63,960 nucleotides of DNA, filler included, from Reclinomonas americana ATCC 50394 (GCA_048213135.1; 54 parts of 54 records of this genome joined end to end with filler, not necessarily neighbours in it); one strand, 5' to 3'; positions 47,509 through 59,575 are shown, counted from the whole stretch's first letter. The notes: generated by a model from the sequence alone, not told the origin. A program made the numbers and translations.

Positions 47509-47604
47509 GCGACAGCGAACGCACGCAGGGAGAGAGCGACAGCGAACGCCCACAGGGAGAGAGCGACAGCGAACGCCCACAGGGAGAGAGCGACAGCGAA
47601 CGCC
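47509..47604. repeat. 27-bp tandem repeat, about 3.5 copies (intronic)
   Basis: gcgacagcgaacgcccacagggagaga repeated without spacers. Confidence 0.9.
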
Positions 47605-47851
47605 AAGAGGAGACAAATTACCTCTTGCTCAATTCCCCTTCAATCCCTTCCCCTCTCACCCTTTCCCCTCACTCTCTTCTCCCCTCTCTCCCCTTACTCA
47701 CTCTCCTTGCACTCTTGTCCATCCGTACTCCTTGCCCTTCTCCTTCACTCCCTTTCCCCTCACTCCCTTCCCCCTAATTCCCCTCACTCTCTCCCACCCT
47801 TCCCCTCTCCCTTTCCCCTTCTACCCCACTCCCTTTCCCCATCGCTCACCA

Positions 47852-48400
47852 GCCTCAGTCACCTCCGCCGAGCGCTGGATCGAGTGCCTGCCGTCCATCA
47901 GAATCTCCGGCTCGACAATCGGCACCAGGCCGTTCTCCTGGCACGTGGCAGCGTAATGTGCCAGGCCCTCGGCGTTGGCAGTCATGCACAACGACGACGG
48001 CAGCGAGTCTGTGATGGTGTACACCGCGCGCCTGCAAGACCAATAAAAGAGTGAGGAGAAGAGGAGGGTGGAGAAGAAAAGATTGACACCCAAACGCACC
48101 ACTTGGCGAAGCGGGCGCCGGCCGCGTAGTACTCGGCGCAGCGCTTGCCGAGGCCGTCGAGGCCAGCCGTGTACGACTCGCCCTGAGTGCCCGGCAGGGT
48201 CACCACACCCTTGTCGACCTGCGAGCAGCGAGTGAGCTTGTGCGTGTCCCTTGACTCTCATGAAGGGGGCACTCAAACCTTGATGCCGGGGATGATGCCG
48301 TTGGCGCGCATGTGCTCGACCATTGGGCGGCCATCCAGAGCCGTCTGGAACAGGGTCTCCTCGAAGAGGATGGCGCCGGAGATGTAGTCGCCGATGCCTG
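47852..48400 (-). CDS. FBA: Fructose-bisphosphate aldolase class I, 3 exons
   Basis: [59 protein letters not shown]. Confidence 0.97.
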
Positions 48401-48688
48401 CAGGTGGAGGGAAGGGTGGGTGGAGGGACAGGAGGAGGGGGAGAGGGGAGGGGGGGAGGGACGACGGGGGGAGAGGAGGGGGGGGGGGGGGGAGGAGGGA
48501 GGGGGAGGAGGGAGGAGGAGGGAGGGGAGAGGAGGGAGGGAGAGAGAGGAGAGGAGAGAGAGAGGAAGGAGGGAGGAGGGAGGGAGGGNNNNNNNNNNNN
48601 NNNNNNNNNNNNNNNNNNNNNNNNNNNNNNNNTTAATTAATTAANNNNNNNNNNNNNNNNNNNNNNNNNNNNNNNNNNNNNNNNNNNN

Positions 48689-49494
48689 TCGACCTGGAGC
48701 TTGCGAATGCCGAAGACCGCGGACGTGTCGTCGATGGTGCTGTCGTCGGCGATGAGCTCCACGGCAGCGGAGTAGAGGTTCGGGCTCTCCGCGCTCCACA
48801 GCCGGGGCGCGCGGACGTAGAGCCGCTGACGACTGCGGGACCGTTCGTTCGGCTCGACGGTCACAGGGACGGAACCGCGTGCGACGGCGGCTCTTTCGGC
48901 GTCGCGGAGCGTGACGACCACATCCACCGTCTCGCGCCGATTGCTCGTACTCGCGACCGTCACGTCGACTTCCACGACGGCGCCGCCCGCTTCGATGTCC
49001 TCCGCGATGACCCTGACCCCGTCGACGGGGATGTGGACTGACGGCCCGACGTGCAGCCACACGTCTCGATAGATGCCCGCGCCTGTGTACCACCGGGAGT
49101 CTCCCCCGTGACGAGACTCGACCTCGATGAGGTTCTCCTCCCCGGGGCGCAGGAACCTGTCCGCATCGATGACGAATCCGGAGTAGCCGTACGGGCGCTG
49201 GCCGGCGAAGGCGCCGTTGATATGGACCGTGGCGTCGCGGTAGACGCCCTCGAACTCGAGCGCGATCCTCTTCTCCGCGTGATCGGCGGAGAGGACGAAG
49301 GACTTCCGGTACTGATACGCCCCTGCCGGGAAGAATGCCACGGCGCCTTCGCCGTCGGGATCGCGCTGTTCGTGGATCAACGCGTCGTGGGGGAGGACGA
49401 CATCCGCGTATGGTGCGCTGACTCCGCCGAGTTCGGCGAAGGGGTTGACCTTCCCGCGGAACTGCCAGCCTTCGTTGAATGCCATGCGCTTCAT
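48689..49494 (-). CDS. GH2 glycoside hydrolase (beta-galactosidase-like), N-terminal part (Microbacteriaceae-like)
   Basis: VVLPHDA, LEFEGVYRDA, QRPYGYS, SRWYTGAGIYRDV, PRLWSAESPNLY, FGIR; ATGA overlap with the upstream gene. Confidence 0.93.
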
Positions 49495-49771
49495 CGGATC
49501 TCCTTCGGTAGTGCGGTGGGGATGCTCAGGGCTTCGCGGATGGCGTCGAGCACCTCGAGGGTGGCGACGCTGTCGGCGAGGGTATGGAGGGGGTGTTCGG
49601 TCAGCCTCTGGGCGATCGCGAGGGTGACCGCGTCGAGCATCGGAACGTACCCGTTGCCGCGACGTTCGTGGCGCGTCGTGCGCGGCTCGGTCAGAGCTCG
49701 AGCGATCGGGCCCGAGAAGGTGGTGAACTCGTTCGCCGCCCAGAACGGCGCCGGAACGGTCATCCACCCCT
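49491..49771 (-). CDS. Gfo/Idh/MocA oxidoreductase C-terminus
   Basis: PFWA..F..GNGYVPML..V..AI..LTEHPLHTLADSVATLEVLDAIR; translationally coupled to the GH2 gene. Confidence 0.7.
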
Positions 49772-50257
49772 NNNNNNNNNNNNNNNNNNNNNNNNNNNNN
49801 NNNNNNNNNNNNNNNTTAATTAATTAANNNNNNNNNNNNNNNNNNNNNNNNNNNNNNNNNNNNNNNNNNNNGGGGAAGGGGGAAGGGGGAAGGGGAAGGG
49901 AGGAAGGGGGAAGGGGGAAGGGAAAAGGGAGAAAGGGGAGGAGCGGAAGTAGAGTAGGAAGCAAAGAAGGGTGAGAGAAGAGAGGGGAGGAGAATAAACT
50001 AGAATGCGAAAGAACGGGGAGAAAAAGGAAACATGCGAAGAAAAGAAGACGTGAAAGAGTTGCAGAAAAAGGAAGGGGAAGAGAGGAGGGGAATGCAACG
50101 GAGGAGGTGAACGAGCGAGCAAGCGAGCGAGCGAGAAGAAAGAAAACCAGCAAGAGTAGACTGGCTAAACGAAAACGCCCTCCGCAGACGGCGAAGCATG
50201 AAGAAACGCTCACATGCGCGCAACCCACAAAGTCTCTCTCCTTTCCCCACACCACAC

Positions 50258-50586
50258 GCAACTTGCCACACAGATAGTACATGCCCGGCGACGCCAGCGT
50301 GCACGATCCAGTTGCCGTTGCATCGAGAGCACCCTGCGCAAACGCGGAGCCAGTGGCCACTGACAAGTCAACATGCAGGCCATCCGGATCGCTGCCCTGC
50401 AGAGTGACGCTCGAGTTCGCCGCCGGCGATCCGCTGCAGTCCGCGGCCGAGTACAGACCAAACGAGCCACCAGCACCCAACTCACGATTGGCAAAGTGCT
50501 CACCGACAACCGTCAGGTGGAAGTCGGCGATACCGTTCACCAGCTGCGGCGACTTGCTCTGCTCGCCGAGCGTGTCTGCGTGGACT
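50258..50586 (-). CDS. Exon of a hypothetical extracellular beta-rich protein
   Basis: GC-rich open exon with C..C..PGMYYLC between long pyrimidine-rich introns. Confidence 0.45.
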
Positions 50587-50894
50587 AGAGTGAGATAGAG
50601 GAAAAAGGGGAGAGGGAGAGAGAGGGAGAAGGGCGAGGGAAGAGGGAAGAGGCAGAGTGAAAGGAAAAGGGAATGGGAGAGGGAAGAGGAAGTGGAGGAG
50701 AAGGGGAAAGGGAAAGAGAAGGAGACATAACAGAAGAGGAAGAGAACGGCATGAATCAGTGGTTCACACGTGGAGAGTGAGTGAGTGAGTATAAGAGAGA
50801 AGGAAGAGATCAAGGGAGATCACGGCCGCGAGAGACGTGCAGTGAACAGAGAGGGAAGACTATTGAGAAAACAAGCAAAAAAGCAAGCGAGTGA

Positions 50895-50925
<31 letters not shown>

Positions 50926-51069
50926 CAGGGTGGAACCTTCGAGAGTGATCTTGAANNNNNNNNNNNNNNNNNNNNNNNNNNNNNNNNNNNNNNNNNNNNT
51001 TAATTAATTAANNNNNNNNNNNNNNNNNNNNNNNNNNNNNNNNNNNNNNNNNNNNAACGTAACGAACTA

Positions 51070-51144
<75 letters not shown>

Positions 51145-52257
51145 GAGACTGCCATTCAGCTCACAGACAGGAGAATGAATGCGGAACAAAGATAAACATC
51201 GCACGCAACATGCGCAATGTTGGACGGAAGCAGGCGGCGCAAATCCGACGGATCCGATGCTTCACTGCCGGCGGGCAGTTGTCGTGGTTGCCAGTCCGGG
51301 GTGGAAGAAAAATCCTACACCAGCGTACACCTTCCGTCAACAAACGACACGCAGCGCAATGTAGGGCACGTGCAGTCACAAAACTGGCATAAATCCGCAG
51401 TCCGTCAACACGGTGAGCAGAAACGACGTGTTCCATGTTTCGCACTTGCCCGAATCGCACCACTCCAGCAGGCACGCAAGATCCTTGGACTCGCACCGAA
51501 TCACGTGCGGCGGTTCATCGGCCTTCCAGCACCACATGTACCTGAATGCACACGAGGCAGGAAGCGTGGACAGAGTGAGCAGATCGACACCGGCAGTTCA
51601 CTCCAACGCCGGAAACCGTGTACCTCCAGTGCTCACGGTCCGTGACTTCCCAGCCGCGCACGGAGAATGGCGGCCGAGTTGCGGAAAAGCGCTCTTGGAA
51701 GTCTTGCAGTCGCTGCTGGACCTGTGGGGCAAGGGAATATGAGTGCGAAAAAGAGAGAGAAAGAGAAAGAAAGGGATTGCCAGTGCCGAACCAGCTCACG
51801 CAGCAACGGCTTCACCACTGTCACCTCGGCACGAATGAGCGCGAGTGTTTCCCTGCAGTGACGCAATCATGGGTACAAGATGATGTTGCGGGGGAATGCA
51901 TCGTGTCAACAAACATATGTACGAAACTCGTGAGTTGCGGGTCGCGCCTCCGCACTTCCCGCTGCAGTCGGAACACATGCATGAGTAACCGCTGTCTCCA
52001 CGCTTCTTCAATGAACACACAGAGAGGGGCATGCCGCAACTCTCAAGGATGCGCTCCAGCTCAATGACGGTGCGCTTGTGCTCCTCGCCACGCCCACGTC
52101 CTCCCAACCGCACTGGCGTCTGTCCGTCGGTGTCTNNNNNNNNNNNNNNNNNNNNNNNNNNNNNNNNNNNNNNNNNNNNTTAATTAATTAANNNNNNNNN
52201 NNNNNNNNNNNNNNNNNNNNNNNNNNNNNNNNNNNCCCGAGGCCGGGAGCCGATGCG

Positions 52258-52845
52258 CTAAACCCGCGCGATGACGGTGATGTGGAGCATGTTCAGGATC
52301 GCGTGCAGCGATCCGAGGCGGGGCAAATCAAGGGCGGGGCTATTGGCCTCAAGCTTCAATGTCGCTGCGCGGTCGTAGACCGCTATGCACTGCTTGTTGG
52401 TGATGCGGGACATGTAGATGATCCCGTCGAAGTCGGTTCGATCGTAGAGCTGCTGACTGAACCGCCGCCCCGCCAATTGCGCCTTGGCCCTGACGGCGTC
52501 GGTCGAGACGCCAAGAAGGCTTGCCCCCTCGTGCCGAAGGTCGAGCAGGAGCAGGGGCACCGAATTCCGGATTGCCGCTATCGAATAGAGATCGAATTCC
52601 TCCTGCAGGATCTCGCGTTTCGTCTTGCGCTCAAAGCGGTCGCGGACGATCGTTTCCGCGACCGCCGTCATCGTATCCTGGGCGAGGTAGAGCAGACGGA
52701 ACTTGTCCTTCGGGCTTGAGAACCGCGTCTTTCCGAAGCCCATGCCCAAAGGTGTAGCGGCGTGCGCGCGGCCGACAATCCTCACATAGTCGGTGACGTC
52801 TTCCCGCACGGCGAGACGTTGCAGAACAACCCTGTCGAGCGTCAT
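52258..52845 (-). CDS. RES-domain toxin (MbcT/ParT family)
   Basis: True start MTLDRVV at 52845 (ATGA overlap); catalytic R (TRFS), E (VAETIVRD), S (DGIIYMSR); LLYLA, LLDL, CIAVYDRA. Confidence 0.9.
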   Translation of the reverse strand: MTLDRVVLQRLAVREDVTDYVRIVGRAHAATPLGMGFGKTRFSSPKDKFRLLYLAQDTMTAVAETIVRDRFERKTKREILQEEFDLYSIAAIRNSVPLLLLDLRHEGASLLGVSTDAVRAKAQLAGRRFSQQLYDRTDFDGIIYMSRITNKQCIAVYDRAATLKLEANSPALDLPRLGSLHAILNMLHITVIARV

Positions 52846-53317
52846 TGCGCATGGAAATAGGCGCGGGCCACGTCGACGACCTCGTCGACGCGATCCTGTT
52901 TCAGGACGTCGATCGGTTTCCGGCCCGAAAGAGCGGCATTCGGCCTGCTGAGCCAGAACCAGGCGATCCGGGAATTTCCGGCGAGGGCGCTGATCGCGGC
53001 GAGGCCTCTGGCAGGCCGTCCGTCGACAAATTGCTCGATCGGATAGACGTGGTTCCTCGTCCCCTTCAGCAGGGCGACAACCTCGCCGGCGTGATGCCAA
53101 TGATTGAGCGTCGAGCGCGGGACGCCATAGTCGCGGCTGAGCTCGGTGGCGCCGGCGACCGGCCCAGCCCATTCCTCCAGCCTTCGCGCGACGGCAATGT
53201 CACTCAGCGAGCGCTCGCCCTCTTCACGTGAGATGACCTCGCCGAGCCCCTCGCCTTTCGATGGGGCGACGTCCCGTGGCAGGTCGAGTTCGATCTTGCC
53301 GGCGGACGGGTCGTCGC
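52842..53317 (-). CDS. Xre/MbcA/ParS (DUF2384) antitoxin, partial
   Basis: Frame not in the ORF track: ..WAGPVAGATELSRDYGVPRSTL..YPIEQFVDGRP..AWFWLSRPNAALSGRKPIDVLKQDRVDEV..HAQ-TGA. Confidence 0.88.
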
Positions 53318-53417
53318 NNNNNNNNNNNNNNNNNNNNNNNNNNNNNNNNNNNNNNNNNNNNTTAATTAATTAANNNNNNNNNNNNNNNNNNNNNNNNNNN
53401 NNNNNNNNNNNNNNNNN

Positions 53418-53755
53418 AGCCGCTCGCGCACCGGGTCCTTCACATGGGTGTAGCGGCCCCATGTGTTGGCGTTCCAGATCTCGACCAGCGTGTTGCGGAC
53501 CGGGCGGCCGAACTCGTCGAGGACATGGCCGGAGATCTCGATGACCTCGCCTTCGGCTTGCGGCCGGCCGGGCGCGATCCGGGTCAGGTCGTTCTCGCCG
53601 AGCTTGAGGCCGGGCAGATCACTCACCCAGGGCACGAAGCTGCGCCGCGCCGCCTCGGGGATCAGATGCAGCCGCTCGCTCGGCACGCGCCGTTCCGCCG
53701 CTCCGTCGGTGGGGCCCGGCAGCATCAGCCGGCCGCGGTCGATGATCAGGGACAT
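53418..53755 (-). CDS. pcaH: Intradiol dioxygenase, protocatechuate 3,4-dioxygenase beta-like, N-terminal half
   Basis: ENDLT..AEGEVIEISGHVLDEFGRPVRNTLVEIWNAN..GRYTH..D (iron-ligand Tyr kept); RBS GGAGG. Confidence 0.75.
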
Positions 53756-53769
53756 CGCTTGCCCTCCGT

Positions 53770-54396
53770 TCAGCTCGAAAGGTCGTCGAAGAAGGGCGTC
53801 TCGCCCGGGCCGCGCATCACGATCGCGATCTCGTAGACCGCCGGGCCGTCCGCAGGTGCCTCGACCCGCCTGGCGATCAGGCGCTCGCGCAGTTCCGGCG
53901 GCAGGCTCGCCAGCAGCGGGTCCTGCGCGTTCGCCTTCGACTCGTCGTCGAAGAAGATCTGCGTGACCAGCCGGGTGATCCCGTCGGAGAACATCGTCAT
54001 GGTGATGTGCGGCGCGCGTGCCGCCATGCCGCCCTCGGCGGGAAGCGCGCCCGGCTTGATCGTCCTGAAGGCAAAAGGTTCGGTTGTGGTGATCAGCCGG
54101 CCGAAGCCGTCGAAGAACGGGTCGAGCAGGGGATGGCCGTTATTGTCCGGCGTGCGCAGGATGCCGGCGGCGTTGGCCTGCCAGAACTCGACCAGCGCGT
54201 CGTCGACGATCGCGCCGTCGCTGTCGAGCAGGCGGCCGCGCAGGATGATCTGCTGTCCCTGCGGCCCGACGCTCAGCCCGCAATGCAGGCGCGTCAGGTC
54301 GCTGCGGTCGCCGTCGATGAAGGAATAGGGGTAGTAGGGACCGACCGTGTCTTCGGCGCGCGGCGCGAGCCGGTTGGTGACTGGCGTATCGCTCAT
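53770..54396 (-). CDS. pcaG: Intradiol dioxygenase, protocatechuate 3,4-dioxygenase alpha-like
   Basis: DTVGPY, GRLLD.DG, EFWQANAAG, F.GFGR, FRTIKPG, APHI, DPLL, GETPFFD; lacks the beta-type Tyr/His ligands. Confidence 0.8.
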   Translation of the reverse strand: MSDTPVTNRLAPRAEDTVGPYYPYSFIDGDRSDLTRLHCGLSVGPQGQQIILRGRLLDSDGAIVDDALVEFWQANAAGILRTPDNNGHPLLDPFFDGFGRLITTTEPFAFRTIKPGALPAEGGMAARAPHITMTMFSDGITRLVTQIFFDDESKANAQDPLLASLPPELRERLIARRVEAPADGPAVYEIAIVMRGPGETPFFDDLSS

Positions 54397-54604
54397 CGCG
54401 CGACCTCGATCGACGATCTTTGCGGCATGCCGTCCTCTCTGCTCAATTATGTTTATATGCAAAACTCTGTTTAATCAACGCAGAGTGATGGTCAAGCCGN
54501 NNNNNNNNNNNNNNNNNNNNNNNNNNNNNNNNNNNNNNNNNNNTTAATTAATTAANNNNNNNNNNNNNNNNNNNNNNNNNNNNNNNNNNNNNNNNNNNNT
54601 CCTC

Positions 54605-54668
<64 letters not shown>

Positions 54669-55237
54669 ACAGATGCATACTGCATCCCTTCCGTGTCTGG
54701 CGGTCTCTCCTCTCTCTCGCTGCACCCCTCTTCTATCTCTTAGTCTTCATCATTGTCTCTCTCTCTCTTGGTGGGCGTGTGTCTCTCTGTCTTCGCCTCT
54801 CACACAGGTGAATGTCTCACACTCCGCAGCACGCGGTGCACGCCTGTGAGAGTCTGTCTGCACGAGTGAGGCGGTGGGCGAGTGTGGTGGTGGGGTGCGG
54901 GGCACTTTGGTGGTGTGTGAGCGACATGGCTGGTATGCACAAGTGAGGGCGGGAAAAAAGTGGCCAAAGTGAAGCGGATGTTGCAGGAAGCCGCAAAACG
55001 CCTAAGTCCTTCACTGACGGGTTTGGCGCAACCCGCAGGCTGTCAGCCGCCGGGTTGTAACCCGGCGAACCGGACACTAGCAGGTCAAGGTTGACCAAAA
55101 ACCGCAGTAACATGTTGACACTAGAAAAACACACCTTGAACTTCTCTTCTGCAATTTGTCTTCGGCCAATGCTGCAGGACGAACAATCATTGTTTGCATT
55201 ACATCTTGACCACAAAGCGCTTGACATATGCCACAGG

Positions 55238-55365
55238 TGAACCCGCTCAGTCTGGTTCCCCTTGGCTACCTGTATGGCATGGGTGCGCTGGTGTTGTTCT
55301 CGGCGTTGTTGAATGTTCTTGGGTTGTTTATTGTGTGGAGGCATCGGAATATGCCGAGGTTCAAG
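55238..55365 (+). CDS. Single TM exon, possibly TM1/ICL1 of a class C-like GPCR
   Basis: AG/GT-bounded VNPLSLVPLGYLYGMGALVLFSALLNVLGLFIVWRHRNMPRFK; the HRNxPxxK juxtamembrane pattern is only suggestive. Confidence 0.35.
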
Positions 55366-55557
55366 GTTGGTGGGAAGGGGGAGAGGGAAGGGGAGGCGAG
55401 GGGGAGGGGGAAGGGAGGGGGAAGGGGAAGAGAGAGCGAAGAAGAAGGAGGGGAGGGAAGGGGAGAGAGAGTGTGTGAGTGAGAGAAAGAGAACAAAGAA
55501 GAGATAGAGAGAAGGGAAGTGAAAGCATGGCTGAGTGAGTGTGTATGTGTTTGTGTG

Positions 55558-55681
<124 letters not shown>

Positions 55682-55781
55682 NNNNNNNNNNNNNNNNNNN
55701 NNNNNNNNNNNNNNNNNNNNNNNNNTTAATTAATTAANNNNNNNNNNNNNNNNNNNNNNNNNNNNNNNNNNNNNNNNNNNN

Positions 55782-56376
55782 CGTGATGCGTCGAATGCGA
55801 CAGTTGCTGCCGTCATCATCGCGTGTAAGAGAGTGCGAGAGAGAAGGACACAAGAAGTGTGCATGACAAACCCGTAATCGCCCACATACACGTTGCCTGT
55901 GGCGTCCACGGCCAGTCCCTGTTGAGAGAGCACACACTCAATGTGTCAGCGCAGCACTTGGCATTCGTCGCTGCAAAAGTGCACGAACCAATGGTGCATA
56001 GAATCGGGCACTTGCGCCCACGCCGTCGGTTGTTCCCGATGAGCCAGATGTGCCTGCGACGATGGAGACATTGGCTGGAGAGACGCCAATGGCGGCGGCG
56101 TAAGGAGACCACTCAAAAGAGTTGGTGGTGCCGCCAGCGACGCTGTTGGGATTGACCCACGCATTGAGAGTGGCGGACGAGCTGGTGATGTTGTTGGCGA
56201 CGGCGGTGGTCACTGTTTGGGCGTCTGCAACATGCAAGTGTGGTACATGAGAGGCCAGGGAAACACACAAAAACAACGGTGTGGGCGCAAGCAGCAACGC
56301 AACTCGCAGTGTCAGCGAGTGTGTGCACAAGCAACACGGCGATAAGCGCGATGGTGACGAGAACGCGCATTGGCAT
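55782..56376 (-). CDS. Secreted FN3-like + NHL-repeat protein, 5' end (spliced)
   Basis: Signal peptide MRVLVTIALIAVLLVHTLA; TTAVANNITSSSATLNAWVNPN..FEW; VAGTSGSSGTTDGVGASARFYAP/.GLAVDATGNVYVGDYG/NCRIRRIT. Confidence 0.82.
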
Positions 56377-56963
56377 ATTGACTTGCGCGTGTGTTAAAAG
56401 GAATGACACGCAAGTGCGCCCTCACAAAAAGACACAGGAAACGGTTGAAACGCCGATTTTGGCGCCAAAACTGCCGACTTCACAACTATATCTTCACGCC
56501 CGACGTGCAGTCCCCGCTTGTCGCACACGCGGTCGACGTCGATGTCGCCACCACGCCACTCTTCGGTACACACTGCTTGGTCGACGCCGTGAATGTCCAC
56601 GAGCCGCATGCAGTCAGCTGCGAGCACCACAGCGAGCATGCTTGAGGGCCGGTCGTCGTCTTGATGGCCCATGTGAGATCACCACCAGGTCGATCTGCAT
56701 GCAAGCACCCAACACATCAGTCACAGATCTCTCCCTCATGTCTTATCTCTGCGAGGACTCACCCGTGCTGGTCTGGAAACCGCTGCTGTCATACGCAGCC
56801 ACGCTCGTCTTGCGTCCAGAAATCAAGCAGAAGTGCGAGCCACACACGTTGCTGGTCTCTGCANNNNNNNNNNNNNNNNNNNNNNNNNNNNNNNNNNNNN
56901 NNNNNNNTTAATTAATTAANNNNNNNNNNNNNNNNNNNNNNNNNNNNNNNNNNNNNNNNNNNN

Positions 56964-57945
56964 CGCCATAGAGCGGCAGGGTCTGCTCGTTCTGGAAGCC
57001 GAGCGCCTGGAAGAAATTGGAGGCGCCGACTGTCTGCTCCGCCAGGACAATGCGGAACAGCAGCAGCACGGTAGCGTAGTGCAGCGTCGCCGGGCTGGTC
57101 AGCCAGCGTATGTCGATGAGCGGGCTCTGGCGGTGCAGCTCGATGACCGCCGCCAGCGTCAGGCAGAGGAGCGCGCCGGCGAAGAGCCAGCCGAGCCAGG
57201 GCGCCTCCAGCCACCAGTAGATTCGCCCGAGCGAGAGCGCGACGGCGATGGCGCCGAAGCCGAGCGCGATCAGGAGATAACTCACCCCGTCGAGCGGCCC
57301 GATGACCTTGACCCGTGGTGGCGTCGTCAATGGCAGGGCGTAGACCAGGCCGAATGCGACCAGCGCCAGCCCCATCTCGAACAGGGTCAAGCCATGGAAG
57401 CCGCCGATCTCGAGCAGGCTCGGTGAGAGCAGCCGCGTGACGGGGATGCCGAGCGTGGTGTTGGTCAATGCGAGAGACAGGCCGACCGTGAGCTTCTGGC
57501 GCGGCTGCAGTGGCTCGATCATGTAGAGGAATGCGAGCGAGGACAGCGGCGCGGCCGCTATCCCGCTCATGAAGCGCACCACCAGCGCCGATTGCAGGTC
57601 GTGCACGAAGAAGTTGAGCAAGGCGGCGATGACGAAGCCGGCGATGCTGATCTCGGCGAAGTTGCGCAGGCCGTACTGCATCCTGATCTTGATCAGGGCG
57701 ATCGACAGCGAGACGTTCGGCGCCATATAGGCGGCGATCAGCCAGTTGGTCTCGGCGACGGTGGCGCCGAGCTCGCCCTGGATCTGGTAGACATTGGTCG
57801 TGATGAGATTGGCGCCGACCTGCTGCGTCATCGCCAGCATCGTCGCAGCCAGCATGTAGGCCAGTGCCCGCGTCCGGCTCATGCTCGCCGTCGCGGGAGG
57901 CGGCGGCGAGGGCGCAGCTTGCGGAGCGGGAGAGGGCGCGTTCAT
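56964..57945 (-). CDS. MFS efflux transporter (DHA2/EmrB-like), N-terminal part (alphaproteobacterial)
   Basis: Multiple TM helices, IQGELGATVAETNWLIAAYMAPN, KIRMQYGLRNF, PLIDIRWL. Confidence 0.92.
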
Positions 57946-58045
57946 CCGGCCGCTCCGCGATTGGCGACGATGTTCCGCGACATCCGCGAGAGCACGCGCA
58001 GGGCGATCTCCAACTCCTCCTTGTCGATCCCGTCGAGCACATCGG
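57942..58045 (-). CDS. MarR-family regulator C-terminus
   Basis: DVLDGIDKEELEIALRVLSRMSRNI..TGA, ATGA-coupled to the MFS gene. Confidence 0.7.
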
Positions 58046-58170
58046 NNNNNNNNNNNNNNNNNNNNNNNNNNNNNNNNNNNNNNNNNNNNTTAATTAATTA
58101 ANNNNNNNNNNNNNNNNNNNNNNNNNNNNNNNNNNNNNNNNNNNNCATACTCTCTGCTTTCTGTGTGCAG

Positions 58171-58975
58171 TTCGACCTACTCGAAGGAACTGCGTGACAT
58201 TCTCGATGCGTGCCTGACGCGTAACACAGCAGCACGGCCGAATGTGAGCCAGTTGTTGGGCTTCCCGGCGATGATTGAAAAGGTGGGGGAGGGTAAAAAT
58301 GGAGAGGCGCTCTGTCATACATGCACTCACCTGCCTTTCCCGTTTCGCTGCCGCAGGCCACACAATTGTCCATTGAGCTGCCAACCAAGCACTCGAAACA
58401 CTCGGCCGCCGCCGCCGCCGGAAGTTCCTCTGGCGAAGGTCAGTTCCTTCGCATCGCCTTGCCCTCTTGTTAAGAATCACTCAGTCTCTCTCTTTTCATG
58501 TACGCAGGATCCTCGTCCGCCTCCGCCGACAAGAGACCGAGTGCCGTCGCCGCCGCTCCGAACCCGTCGGTGGTGCAGCCAGGTGCTCCACTCGGGGCCA
58601 ATCGCCCGAGACCACAAGGTTTTATTGCGATTCTCTTTTCCCCCCTCCTTCACACATCCTTCCACCGGCTCATGCGATGCCTCCCAGCCGTTGCCGCCGC
58701 CGCCGTCGCTCCCGCGTCCGCCGCAGTGGCAGCACCTCCGAAAAAAGTCGGCGTGATTCCCGGCCATGTCATGCGACCGAGTGCGCAGCCGGCTGCTGTC
58801 GCTGGCAATCCATCGCCCGCCGCCGTTGCGGCCGCGTCGGCTGCTGCCGCTGTCATGGCTCCTCCGGCACCGCAGCGAGCATCGGGTCCGACGCCGCCGC
58901 CGTCGCAGCTGGCCAGACCAAGCGTACACTCCAAGACGCGCGTGCGCAGCAAGCCCGGCGTTCCGCCCGTGGTGG
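58171..58975 (+). CDS. NEK-like Ser/Thr kinase, end of C-lobe plus P/A-rich tail
   Basis: YSKELRDILDACLTRNTAARPNVSQLLGFP (subdomain XI) followed by disordered exons. Confidence 0.65.
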
Positions 58976-59477
58976 TTGCGTGTGTGCACATGGGCTGAGT
59001 GGGAATTCTCTCATTTTCTCTCTCTTGCAAGTGTTTCACTTTCACTATCTCTCTCTCTCCTTCCTCCTCTCCTTCTCCCTCTCCATTTCTCCCTCTCTCT
59101 TTCGCGTGTTTCGCGCGCTCTCTCTCTCTCTTCCTCCCCCTCTCCTTTTCCCTCTCCCTCTCCACTTCTCCCTCTCCATTTCTCCCTCCTTTTCCTCTCC
59201 CTTCTCCCTCTCCCTCTCCCTCTCCCTNNNNNNNNNNNNNNNNNNNNNNNNNNNNNNNNNNNNNNNNNNNNTTAATTAATTAANNNNNNNNNNNNNNNNN
59301 NNNNNNNNNNNNNNNNNNNNNNNNNNNCCTCCTCCTCCTCCTCCTCCTCCTCCTCCTACCTCCCTCCTACCTCCTCCTCCTCCTCCTCCTCCTCCTCCTC
59401 CTCCTCCTCCTCCTCTCCTCCTCCTCCTCCTCCTCCTCCTCCTCCTCCTCCTCCTCCTCCTCCTCCTCCTCCTCCTC

Positions 59478-59521
<44 letters not shown>

Positions 59522-59575
59522 GTCCCCTTTTCCCCCCTCTCCCTCTCTCATCTCACCTTCCCCTCACCATCACAG

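Noticed and set aside
47509..47604. 27-bp repeats (also 40627-40786 and 61691-61763) as CRISPR arrays
   Set aside because: Head-to-tail units without unique spacers, in eukaryotic intronic or intergenic DNA, with no cas genes.
43960..49771. Bacterial genes next to eukaryotic genes as an HGT island or gene cluster
   Set aside because: They are separate contigs ordered by length, so adjacency is artefactual.
52846..53172. N-terminal extension of the RES ORF (304 aa in the track)
   Set aside because: It overlaps the antitoxin in another frame; ATGA coupling fixes the start at 52845.
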